From Eledone cirrhosa (Eukaryota), in contig OZ024740.1 in assembly GCA_964016885.1 (NCBI GenBank), positions 245,768,001-245,832,000 of the forward strand: a DNA stretch of 64,000 nt, written 5' to 3'. Below are positions 35,340-47,396 of the stretch, piece by piece (the stretch's first letter is position 1; each line of letters starts with the position of its first letter). A program made the position numbers and the translations under genes. Under the pieces are notes generated by a model that saw only the letters and a program-made list of their open reading frames with translations, was not told the origin of the DNA and made no database searches.

Positions 35340-37781
35340 TTCTTCATAGAGGACCTCCTGTCTGGAAGAGCTTTCCTAGTGGACACAGGAGCTTCGTGCA
35401 GTATTTGGCCTGTTAATACTATGACAGTAACTCCTCCTGAGTCATCAATTGAATTGCAAGCTGTCAACCAGTCATCGATCCGAACTTTTGGACAGATCTC
35501 GCTTCTTCTTCAGTTCCGAAATCTTTGTCGAGATTTCAAATGGGTTTTCACTGTTGCCGACCTGCCATACCCGATTTTGGGCATGGACTTCCTGCACCAC
35601 TTTTCTTTGACGGTGGATGTCCGTCACCAACGCCTAGTCGATGATATTACTGGTTTTTCTCTTTGTGGCAGGACGGCAGAAGTTTCTACAGTTAGCCCGA
35701 CATTCTTTATCATGGCTAACTCCAGAAACTCATATCATGGATTGTTGAAATCGTTCCCGCAACTGACTCATGAAAATTTTAGAGTCACTGATCCAGGCCA
35801 CGCCACGGAGCATTTTATTACTACTACTGGCGCTCCGTTTTTTTCGCGTCCCCGCCGATTGCCAGCGGACAAACTGAAAGCAGCACGGTCCGAGTTCGAT
35901 CATATGCTACAGCTCGGAATTATTCGTTCTTCCACGAGCCCCGAGCCCGTGGGCATCTCCATTACATATGGTGCCAAAATCTTCTGGCGATTGGAGACCC
36001 ACTGGAGATTATAGAAGATTGAACTCGATGACCGTACCGGATCGGTATCCTATCCCTCATTTGCAGGATTTTGCATCCTCGTTGCAAGGGTGCAACATTT
36101 TTTCGAAACTCGATTTGATACAAGCCTACAACCAAATTCCTGTCAATAGAGACGACATCCCGAAAACGGCTATAACTACGTCATTTGGATCTTTCGAATT
36201 TCTCACTATGCCTTTCGGGTTAAGGAATGCTGCTAGCACCTTCCAGCGATTTATGGATGAGGTCACTCGCGGCCTCAACTTTGTATACAGATATATTGAT
36301 GACCTTCTTGTTGCGAGCTCTTTTCCAGAGCAACATTTGCGCCAACTGGAACTTCTATTTTGTCGTTTGAAGAATTACAATGTTCGGATTAATCCATCAA
36401 AATGTGTTTTTGGTTCCGAATCTCTGAATTTTTTGGGTCACGTCATTGACGCTGACGGTATTCGACCTATTCCTGAGAGAGTTAAAGCTATAGAGGATTT
36501 GCCTCCATCAACCTCACTTCATCAGTTGCGCCAATTCTTGAGGCTGATTAATTTTAATAGGCGGTTTGTGCCTAATTGTGCTAGGCTACTCTTCTCTTTG
36601 ACGGAAATTTTGAAAAATTGCCGAAAGTAAAATAGAGAAATTTCTTTGAATGAAACTCAGCTCGAGGATTTTGAGAGTGCGAAAATTGTTCTAGCCAATG
36701 CATCTTTGCTGGCTCACCCAGTGTCCAACGCTAAGCTTTCGCTTTGTGTTGATGCGTCGGATACTGCCGTGGGTGCAGTTTTGTAACAAAGTAGGAACGA
36801 TCAACAGCAACCGTTGGAATTTTTCTCCAGGAATCTGAAACCTGCCGAAACCCGCTACAGCACCTTTGGACGGGAGTTGCTAGCAATATACTTATCAGTG
36901 AAGCATTTTTCACACATGCTTGAGGGAAGAACGTTTACTATCTTCACGGATCACAAGCCGTTGACATTCGCCTTGCAAGCAAAGGCCAACAAATACTCGC
37001 CTAGAGAAACTAGACATCTTTACCTCATCTCTCAATTTACTAATGATATTCAACATATTCCGGGTTCTATGAATACAGCGACCGACGCCCTGTCTCGTTT
37101 GCCGATTACTTCGATCTCGTCGTCCAATGACATAGATTTGAATCGCTTGGCAGCCGATCAGCCTACCCTCGATATGGAGTACCAACGTCAATTACCACGG
37201 ACCGTGGAAGGCAGTTTGAATCGAACATCTTCCATGAATTAACGAAAATCATCGGCGCTAAACGCATCCGAACGACTGCATATCATCCTGCCTCTAATGG
37301 AATGGTGGAGCGCTTCCACCGACAACTGAAAGCCGCTCTACGGACTTCTCCTGACTCTACGCGTTGGAGCGAGTACCTCCCTATTGTGTTGTTGGGGATT
37401 CGGTCAACTATAAAGGAGGACCTTGGGTTCTCCCCGGCCGAATTGTTATATGGTGCTCCTCTAGTGTTACCTGTCGATCTTGCTGAACAAGATCCGCTTT
37501 CCTACGTGTCCCGTCTGCGTTCTTATTTTCAGGACCTGCCGCCGATGGATACGAGGAAGAAAACTGTAAAATCTGCAGTCCCGAGGGATATTGCCTCGTG
37601 GACCCATGTGTTTGTGAGAAATGATGCTGTGAAACCACCTCTCACACAACCATACTCTGGACCCTACCGTGTATTAGCTTGTTCCGAGAAACATTTTACT
37701 GTAGACATTAAGGGTTCCAGAGAGACGGTTTCGATTGATAGACTCAAACGAGCACATTTGGACACATGCTATCGCACCTGA
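35340..37781 (+). pseudogene. pol: Gypsy Pol (protease, RT, RNase H, partial integrase)
   Basis: FLVDTGAS protease; [19 protein letters not shown] and YIDD RT; DASD, RELLAIY and TDHKPL RNase H; integrase [23 protein letters not shown] and GPY. The integrase HHCC finger and first catalytic D appear deleted at ~37175. Confidence 0.9.
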
Positions 37782-38192
37782 GCCACAAACGCCCCCGACT
37801 TTTTCTTTCGCACACACACCTGCTTCTTCCCCCCCCCCCCCCCCATACCAAGATATAAGTCTACGACCCGTTCCGGTTGGAGGGTTCATTGGCCCAAAAA
37901 AACTGTGTAGCACGGTATATTTTTAAGCTGCTATTGTGCGGTGCTTTAATCCTGTATTGACTATTGGAACTTTTAGGAAATTGTATTTACATTTTATTAC
38001 ATTTGTTTTTTCCTTTCTCGCTCTTGCATGCTTGTTTCATATGTGTTTTTGAAATTTGTTGTGCCCTTCATGCTCGGTTGGGCTGATTGCTCCATGGTTT
38101 GGGATTTTTGCTAGTTGCTAATCGGTTTTTCTACATACATGATTCGATAAACCGATTTTTATTTACTTTTCTAAAAATCTGGTGGGAGGCCA

Positions 38193-38708
38193 TGTAGAAG
38201 ATCACGCCACCTAGCTCGACTTTGGAGGCAGTCGATTAACTGCCCTTAGTTCTGACGTCAGTAGCTGAAACAATCTCCCTTAGACAGTGTTACTTCTAAA
38301 TGAACAGACGTGTTTCCACGCAGCGACCAAACAGCGACATCACACCATGCGGTCGCGGCATAATATGATGATTGACAATTACCCAACCTAGGAGCACTGA
38401 TGTATTAACTGTATTATAATTTGCTCTAATTAAAATGTTCACGTAACATAATCTTGAGGTATGTTCCTTTTTGTTTGATGATGTGCAGCCTGTATATTAT
38501 ATCCAATTAAACGGGATGTCTGACCGTCTCACCTAAAGTACATTGAAGATTGAAGTTATAGATGTGCACTTCCATGTTAGTAACGGGCGTGTTAAATTTG
38601 GCACTGTAGTTGATTTTTTTAACGCTAGGCAATAATCGGTACTACAGTAAATAGAATGTCCTTTGGTTATCTGTGACGGGCGATGCGCGCATGTTTGATG
38701 GGGACGAA
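38193..38708 (+). repeat. 3' LTR of the Gypsy element (candidate TG...CA end at 38646; homology continues to 38708)
   Basis: Direct repeat of 33763-34232, preceded by the PPT. Confidence 0.85.
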
Positions 38709-39124
38709 TTGGCAGAGTCATCCAGCCATTGCAAAACGGGGGGTGTCTCTGCCAAATAATACTTCTTCAACAAGCTTATCTCTCGTGGGAAATAAATGGT
38801 TTAAAAAAAGCGATCATGAACATTATCAAATACCAGTTGAAATTGTTCTTGACGTTTTGTATTCTGTTGTGAGCACAAATAAAGATTAGAAGAAAATGTG
38901 CCTGTATCTATATCTATGTTTGCTGTTTGTTTATGCCACGTAATTCACCGGTTCGATAAATAGAGATCGATCAAATAAATGTTAAAACAAATACTGATCT
39001 ACTAATTTCTTCGAGGGCAGTGCTGCAACATATCTACCGTCTGATTTGGGAGGCCACGGTTAGTGATTCTTTTGGGTCTTCCCACATCTTTAATGTTGCA
39101 GCGTAGATGAAGGTCTAAAATACT

Positions 39125-39320
39125 AGGAATTATCAGCAAACTACTTTCTCCAACCTGTGGCATTCGAGAAGTTCGGGGCAGCTGGGTCACTGATAGCGAA
39201 GTTCTTGTCATTATTGGTGGCTCGCCGTACCGACATATCAGGTGATGCCTATGAGCGCATTAGACTCGCTATTACCAGTGGTAATGCTGCGAGTGTGTTG
39301 GCTTGCCTCAAAAATTATTA
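39125..39320 (+). mobile_element. CRE-clade REL C-terminal fragment
   Basis: QPVAFEKFGAAG...AKFLSLL...DISGDA...LAITSGNAASVL; homologous to 1-325. Confidence 0.65.
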
Positions 39321-41754
39321 AAGGGAAACTTTAGCGCCACTTTTGGCGTGTGATTGAGTGTATAGATCTTCTTTCCCTTTTATTAATACACACCATAATA
39401 CGTATGTACAATTAAAAAAAATTACTGAAACCGGTTAAAGAATAGACACATATACACACTTACAAATATATATATGGTTCTGTGAAGAAAAGCCGCCCGA
39501 CGTTTCGGGTAGAACAGAACATTCTGTAGGAGAGGATTGTTTATGTGTGTTGCTGGATAGACTGAGAATATTCGAATAAGACGTGGGGAGGGAAGTAACA
39601 AGTCTCTGTCGAAGAGGAAAGGTAAAAGAAAGAAAATTTATGTCATTCTAACATTGACCATTCCGTCTTTTTTCTTTTTCAGCACATAGTTTATTCATGT
39701 GGACATTATCCAAGGTATCGCCACCTTTTTAACAAGCTAATGGGTGTGATATGAGAGAGTTTGCCTGCTATTTCTAACAGGTTGGGCGTGTTTAAGGGGA
39801 ACGTTAAAGGCAACAATCTAACCAGTCAAGATGGGTCTGCAAAAGGAATCGAAATAGTTCCTTCTTCCAGACCAAACTCATTGGTATTTGAATTCAGATG
39901 GCACAGGTCCAAGAAGTATTTGTCCAACAATTATAAAAATGTCAAGTTGTACCGTTCTTTTGAAAAGAAGTCTGAGATAAGACTCACGACTGATTTTCCT
40001 CCCTTTAAAGTTTAAGAGTACTTTTCACGTTATGATATAAACCACAGACAGTATTTCTGTTGTCATTTGCTGACCAGTAATAAGACGAAATGAAATATGA
40101 AAAGAACTTTTGTAAAACTCGTCATATTTTTGTTCGCGTATACATAGGTATATCTACAGTTTAGACCCCACACACGCCACCGATTTGATTCCTCATAACT
40201 TTCTGAATAATCTGTACTTTTGAATACATATATATCTATTATATTGATTACGATCGTGTTGATGAAATTTAAAAATAAAGTATTTTCATTACTGTATAAT
40301 TTCGTTCGTTAATGCTTTCATTAAAATGCCTTTGATTGGTGTTTCTAGTATGTTAAACGTAAACTCGGAAGTTTTCATTTTGATAATGAATATCAATCAG
40401 GATTTTTTCTTTTAAATTTCATCAACATATACAACCCCAACCCACGAAAATGTATTTTTGTTAAATGTCATTAAATAATTGTTTCTACTTTAGGCACTAA
40501 ATAATATACATCGTTAAAAAAGTTATGCGAAAACAAAGTCTGTTGGTGAGGGAGAGGTACTAAACTAGTTTACGTAACATAATATATAGAGAAAGGTCTG
40601 TTATCAGATATTGTTTACATACTGTAAAACAGCAACATTACAAGATTAATTATTACCCCCACCCCCACATATATATAATGTTTAAAATTATAAAAATAAT
40701 AACATGTACACAATAAAATATATAAAAGTGATGACATACAAAAATGTAATGTAAATTATTAATTAATTCATTCATTTTCCTTTTATTTCAATAATGCTTC
40801 ATTAAGATTTTTAGTTTCGAAAATGATTTCGTTTGAATGAAACAGTTCTAGTCCTGTAGAAGTAATTTCTATAATAAATTTGTTGTATACAATACGAATG
40901 TATTGGGTACCTTACTTTACCCGATTGAACCCAGGACTCACACACATATATGTGATCAAGAAAAACATGCTACATAAGACGATTTCAAATATATGATTTT
41001 GTACTTGATTTGAGACTGTAATGATGAAACGGACTGTATGATCACAGAAGAGTCGTTTTTGCATAAAGTGTTATGCTCACTTTTCATTATTTGCGTAAAG
41101 TCAGTAATTTTTTTTTTGTCGCGCTCTGTGACCTGGTCGCTGACACAACTCCACTGCAACTCATTATTAAACATTTCATACTTGAAAAAAAACAAAAAAA
41201 AAACTGCATATTGAAATAAGTTATAAATTTTATATATTAATTAAATTATATAAAAAGGAAACAATGTATCATGCCAACAAGTGCACCAAACACGACTAAA
41301 ATTAGAAAATTTAAACTAAGTTTTAAATGGTGAGAATTTTAATTCTTTGAGAATGTGTGTGTGTGTGAGATGGGGATACTTGAAGAAGAAAAAAAAGTTT
41401 GACCGAAATGTACTGCTTCCACTAATATGCTATTTTAACAGCATTACGACTACAACTATCAGTTTTTATGCATCTTTCAGCCTTGTTGAGAAACATTCTA
41501 TTCCTCTTTTTTTTCTTTCCATTCTTTCTATCTCGCTCACTCGGCTTTTTCCTCTCTGCTCTCTTTTTTGCAAAAGTAAAGGCTGATAACAGCCTTTACT
41601 TTTTCTCACCCTCTCATCACTATTTTTACTACTACCACCACTACCACTACCACGAAAATGTAATGTGATGAGCAAGGGGAGGTAACTCCGACAGCAGCGC
41701 TAATTCACAGGAGGGAAAACTCGGAGACAATTAATTTTCTTTAACAGAGAGAAA

Positions 41755-41825
41755 GAGAGATATATATATATATATATATACATAATACATATATATACAG
41801 GGAGAGGAATATATATATATCTGTG

Positions 41826-41890
<65 letters not shown>

Positions 41891-41891
41891 C

Positions 41892-41927
<36 letters not shown>

Positions 41928-41964
41928 CACATAATTGTTTTCATAATACATAGAGAAAGGTGAA

Positions 41965-42025
<61 letters not shown>
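41755..42025. repeat. Compound (TA)n microsatellite
   Basis: Long interrupted TA/TG/GA dinucleotide runs. Confidence 0.95.
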
Positions 42026-42027
<2 letters not shown>

Positions 42028-44299
42028 TACACGAACCCATACACTAAAAAAAATCAAAACAAAAACGATAGCGTGTTCTCGATCGTTTTATCACTTAACC
42101 AAGCTGAAGGAAAATATGGCATTAGATTCCTAAAGCAGGTGTAATCAGACCAATTTTTTTTTTAAAAGCAGGTAAAGTAATAGTATTATAATTTTCAAAT
42201 AATCTTTTTACAGGATCTATTACGGACATAGATACTCTATATACATCCGTAAACAATCGAAATTTCTGGGTATTTCATTGGGACACGAAGGACGTGTGAA
42301 GACGTCTTTTGGAAAAAAAAATTACTTCCACTCTTACAACAATAACCTCACAACACCCTTTCTTCACACTATTAACCTCCAGCTTTTAATTTCTGTAATA
42401 TTTTTCACTTTACTTTTATAATTTTTATTTACTAAAAAATAAACACGAAATTTGATTAATCCTCAGTCCATCTTCTACGTTTACGAAATGTATGTATGTA
42501 TATTTAATATCGACAAACCTTAAATACTTATTTCAAAATGAGATTACTATTTTCTGATGCCCATAGGAAACGCGTGGACGTTAAAAGCCATCTAATTTGA
42601 TACCTAACTCAGAAATCCTTATGAAGAAATCTTCGTTTAGACTGATTTTGATAACATCAATAATCAAATCTACAACTAACACAAAAACAAAAATCACATT
42701 ATCTCGATTTCTTTCTCATTCCTCTTACTACTTGAATGAAAAATTGAATCCTGGACATTCTCAGGATCATCGAACTGCAACAATATCGAAAACCAACCCC
42801 TCCCCTTAGTTTATTTATATAAACTTATGTATTGTTGGTTCCTGTCAAATCTTCCTTTTTAGCAATCAACAGTCGTGTCAACGTTTTATTTTAACATTCA
42901 CCCCCAAAATATATATACATTTATATGCTGATTATTTTGCAAGACTTAATCCTTAATTTAGAATATACTTGATTCTTTTTAGGATAGTTTCTCAAGATAA
43001 AATCTTTATTGGTAAACACAGTATTTTAATATATTAGACAACGAAAAATGATTGCTTACTTGAAGATATAGAAGTTTCATCTTCAAATCCACGTGAGTAT
43101 GTGAATACTGACAGAACTTAATATCTGAAATTATTCCTAAACGAAGAGTTGTTGTTTTGAATATAAAAATTAACTTATTTCTTTCTGCTTGTCATCATTA
43201 CAACTATCTCAGCATCTTTACCATTTGTACAATTGAATATTAATTGAGGTTCTCCTAAACTAGACATTGATTTGACACAGTGTTTCTCATCTGTGTCTGA
43301 AATCTATGGCCATCACTTAGAAAATTAGTTGTTTTCATAACTCAATCGTTGTTCATGATTTAGTTAGTGTTTACATAACCGTTATTAAAGTGCAGAATGA
43401 CAGAATATTTAACAAATTTGGGCCCTTGTTCTATTCGGGAAAATCTTACACAGGTTCGACGTGATAATACAGCAATCAATAAGTCAGTTAAACCAAGTTC
43501 TAATTCCCAAACATGGATCAGTTAAAGGCGTTCCCTCATTTGACCCTATATCAGTGGCGTTATTTTGATGTCTGTTTTATTATAATAGGGTTGCACAAAT
43601 CTAAAATACATTAAACATTTTCCTTTGCTTTAATTTCCCCGTGTATGAGTCGTTATAGCGTCAGAAGAACGCCTTGTATTTATTCCGACTTTTGCGATCT
43701 GAGTTCAAATCCCGTCGACGTCGACTCTGTTAATCAAAATACATATAATGAAATCATTTGCCCCTCTTTCTTTTCTCACTGTATGAGAATCGGTTATGTG
43801 GAAAGGACAAGAAAAAGAGGGTTCACATCAAGGCCCCGCCATACATATCCATTCTATAAACTACAGGAAAGAAGATTTCTCATCATATTCATTGTCATCC
43901 TCTATTTGTTTTGCAGTTTCCTAGGATCCAAATTTCAGCCTTTTATTCTACCTGTTGTCACTTGTCTTCTAGACATGCCCAGCCATACACCATTTCAACG
44001 ATTTTTTAAACTTGACAATTTGGGACTTATATGGTCTTTCCATGTTATTCCAGACATTATATGTTTGTGAGCATGTTGAGCTGTTCTTAACTTGCTTGTT
44101 AGATCTTTTGTCATGTTCCGTATTTTTGCATTATAAGAATTTGTTGAGAAGTTGCATTAGTTGTTAACTTGTCTTTTGTCCAACACCATGTCATGAACCA
44201 CCTAATGAAAAAAAAAATGAACAAAATATTATTCTATAAAAACATTGTTTAAAAGTTAGTCTTTTTTTTAGCCTAGAAAGTAATCAGGCTTATCATGGT

Positions 44300-44440
44300 T
44301 TTAACTGAGTGGACTGGAGCAGCTTAAAATAAAGTGCCTTGCTGAAGGGTATGACACAACCACACAGTCTAGGGATCTAACCCATGACCTTACAATCATG
44401 TGACCAAAACTCTAGCCACTAAGCCATGTACCTTCATTTA
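44300..44440 (-). mobile_element. Degenerate tRNA-derived SINE (CCTTGAGCAAGRCACTT-type family)
   Basis: Minus strand has A box TGGCTTAGTGG, a B-box-like GGTTAGATCCC and CCTTCAGCAAGGCACTTTATTT. Related to 56570-56690. Confidence 0.65.
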
Positions 44441-45908
44441 TTGTGAAGCCATTGTGGACTACCAATAAGTAGTTGACATTGTAGAAATAGCAGTAGTTAT
44501 GACAACTATAACAAATTAAGGAGTAGAATCAGCTCACAGTACCTTAACTCTTAACATCTGCTAAGAATTTAACAGAAAATATCTAAATGTTGGTTTGTTA
44601 ATTCATATGTTTTCATTACATTGTGAAAATGTCCACTAAAGTTGTTAGTTTTTGATGTGATGCAATCATAGTGCTGTTGTCTTAATAATGCAGTTTCACT
44701 GGACATTAAAAATTAAAACATTTTTCATGAGACTACACAAACATTCAAACAAATTCTCAATAAAATCAGAGAGAAGCTATTTCCCTTAAACTGTTCACAG
44801 TCTACTTAACAGAAATGTTTTGAACTTTTCATTAGGGGAGGAAGATGCATTGAAAATTTAAATAGAGTGAATTTCTCATATACCTTTGTTTCACAGAAAA
44901 CGTAGTTCACGTCAAGATGTCTGACCAAATCTCAAATGATGTTAGAACAACTAAATACTGAAAGTACAGCAGAAAGACTGAAAAAGAAAAAAAGAAATAA
45001 TGCTCCGCAAGTTGAAAGTCCCTAGTATAAAAGTTGAAGATATGTCCTTTTGTAGTATATGTATGTGGATGCAGCAGAAGTTTATTTTGTAATCATAGGG
45101 TTCCAAGTTTGGTCCCTCAGGTTGACTCAAATCTTGTGAGTGAAATTGGGTAGATTGAAACTGTGTGGAAATCTGTCAGATGAATGGTATCTTTAAGTCA
45201 AAGGGTTGTTCTGGTCACACATTGTCATGCTGAATCTCCTCAAGAATTACGTTATAGGTACATATGTTTGTAGAACACTCAATCATTCACACATTAATTT
45301 TACAAGTAGGCCATTTCATTGACCGAACAACTGGAAGTCATCAGCTAAACTAACAGAGGCCCATTTATATTTTGTGACTGGAATTCTTTTGACTATAGCT
45401 GACTTGAAATTAACAACAGCAAACAGAGGTGAAGCCTTGACATGTGATGCTGCATGTTTCACAAGAATTGAGTTTATCAAAGTTTCCTTTTCATTAAATT
45501 GTTACTGAGTTAGACCATTACTAGATAAAGCTTCAGGTTAGTAGAATTTGGCAGACAGAAATTGTGTGGAAGCCTATTCTCTCTCTCTACTAACTTGCAT
45601 GTACATTATGCAACTTGGAATGTGACTTCCAGATTCCCAGAAACCTATTGAAGATATTCATCGATTAATATCTATCAATCAGGTCCAGGTTCGTCTTTAA
45701 CTTGTTTGTATATCTCATTGTTGTATTAATAATGTGGCAACATACCTCTCTTTGCATTATTCATGGTGTCACTATTACCTAACTTCTTGTGTTCACTCTC
45801 AGGAGAAATTTATTAATTACTCTCTCATCGAGTGCTTTGTGACAGTCTTCGAAGATTGGGTGCTAATCTGCTACTTCCAGCTGCGACTTCGATTTTACTC
45901 ATTACTAT

Positions 45909-45950
<42 letters not shown>

Positions 45951-46194
45951 TACGTATGTACATACATACATGCATCCATCCATCCATCTTAACCACTAGA
46001 CTATGTACTTTTCCATTGGCTGACTTCATATTGACATCAAGTATCTATTATCCTCTCCTGTTTCTAGTCTTGTACATATTCTGTTATTAGTGCCTATTGG
46101 CAGTAGTCTGTATAGACTACAGCCCTTTGTTTATGAAAATTACCTTGTGTAAGAAATTAATGTTGCAACTCTAATTAATTGTTTAATTAACCAT

Positions 46195-46340
46195 TACTGT
46201 ATGGTTAAGTAGTTCACTTCATAATCATGCAGATTCAAGTTTAATCCTTTTGTGTGACACTTTAGGCAAGTGTCTTCTATCATAGTTCTTTGGTGAACCC
46301 AAGCCTTGTGACTGGATACTGTTTTGTGAGGAAATATTGT
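46195..46340 (+). mobile_element. Degenerate tRNA-derived SINE
   Basis: TGGTTAAG...AGTTTAATCC...ACTTTAGGCAAGTGTCTTCTA...AAGCCTTGTGA. A related decayed copy lies at ~45085-45360. Confidence 0.5.
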
Positions 46341-47032
46341 GCAGAATGTTTAGTATGGGATCTAAAAGATGTGATACGGTTAGAATTAATAGAAGAAAAA
46401 GACTGGTGCATTAAGTTGACCCATGGTGGAATAGAGTACCCACACCAGTCTGCATTGTTTTTATTGCCTAAAGACTTTGATCAACTGATTTTATTGGATT
46501 TATCTCCCTTGCTTGTTGTTTTTTATGCCTTAAACACACCCATAGAAGGAGGTTTTGTCTACTAATTGGTTTGATAATCTAAATTGATCAAAAATGTTCA
46601 ACTGATGATATTACATATGTAATATGGCAGCTAAATTGTATGTATAGAGGTAAAAGTGGCCTAATTTCAAGGCATATTAGCAATTAAACCACACCAATAT
46701 GTATTTCTTTTTATATACTGTAAGACAACTTTATGTAATAATAATCTAACCAATATATTTTTTATCTTATAGTTACACAACACAGCCCATGTTTGATCTC
46801 CCTCAATGGCTCCTTCAGGAAACAGTACTGTTGATATTCAAAAGGTTCTGTATTCATTTTCATCATTACATAACATACACCATATACCATGTCAGATAAT
46901 TCTATTTAAGCACATATATTGTGTGTGTGTTTTATAGGCTTAGATACACTAAACATGCACTGAATGAAGGACTCACTGTTTATAAAGTCAAAATATTTGT
47001 TATTAATGGTCACTATTAATAACAAATATATA

Positions 47033-47312
47033 TCATCATCATCATCGTTTAATGTCAGATTTCCATGCTACATGGGTTAGACGAGTTGTCCCATTTGAGG
47101 CAAGTCAGGTCAGGTGACCATGTCTTGCTCATACAGATATATATTGTCATGTCTATCCTGGTTTTTAGAATAAGTACATTTATCCCTGCATGTAGAGGCA
47201 ACTAAAAAGGTTGGCATCAGGAAGGGCATCGGGCTGTAAAACATTGTCTCAAAAGATCTTGTCCAACCCATGCCAACATGGAAAAGTGGACATAAAAACA
47301 ACAATGATGATT
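47033..47312. mobile_element. Two RTE-type 3' ends in opposite orientation (minus 47033-47140, plus ~47200-47312)
   Basis: (CAT)n...CCATGCTACATGGGTTAGAC, and GGCATCAGGAAGGGCATC...CCAACCCATGCCAACATGG...GATGAT. Confidence 0.7.
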
Positions 47313-47396
47313 ATACTTGTATATATAAAAGGAAGTTATCTGTGTGTGTCTGCTTTGTATTCAGAAATTAGAAAGAAAACACCCACAAAACTATAT

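Larger units (their letters stand above)
33763..38708 (+). mobile_element. Ty3/Gypsy LTR retrotransposon with two LTRs, internally deleted and frameshifted
   Basis: Direct repeats start TGTAG at 33763 and 38193; PPT GGTGGGAGG at 38181-38189; domain order gag, PR, RT, RH, IN. Confidence 0.92.

Noticed and set aside
39480-39625. Possible Penelope-type hammerhead ribozyme (minus-strand CGAAACGTC)
   Set aside because: No properly placed CTGANGA core or closing stems could be found.
41700-42044. YIYI-repeat ORFs
   Set aside because: Artefacts of (TA)n microsatellites.
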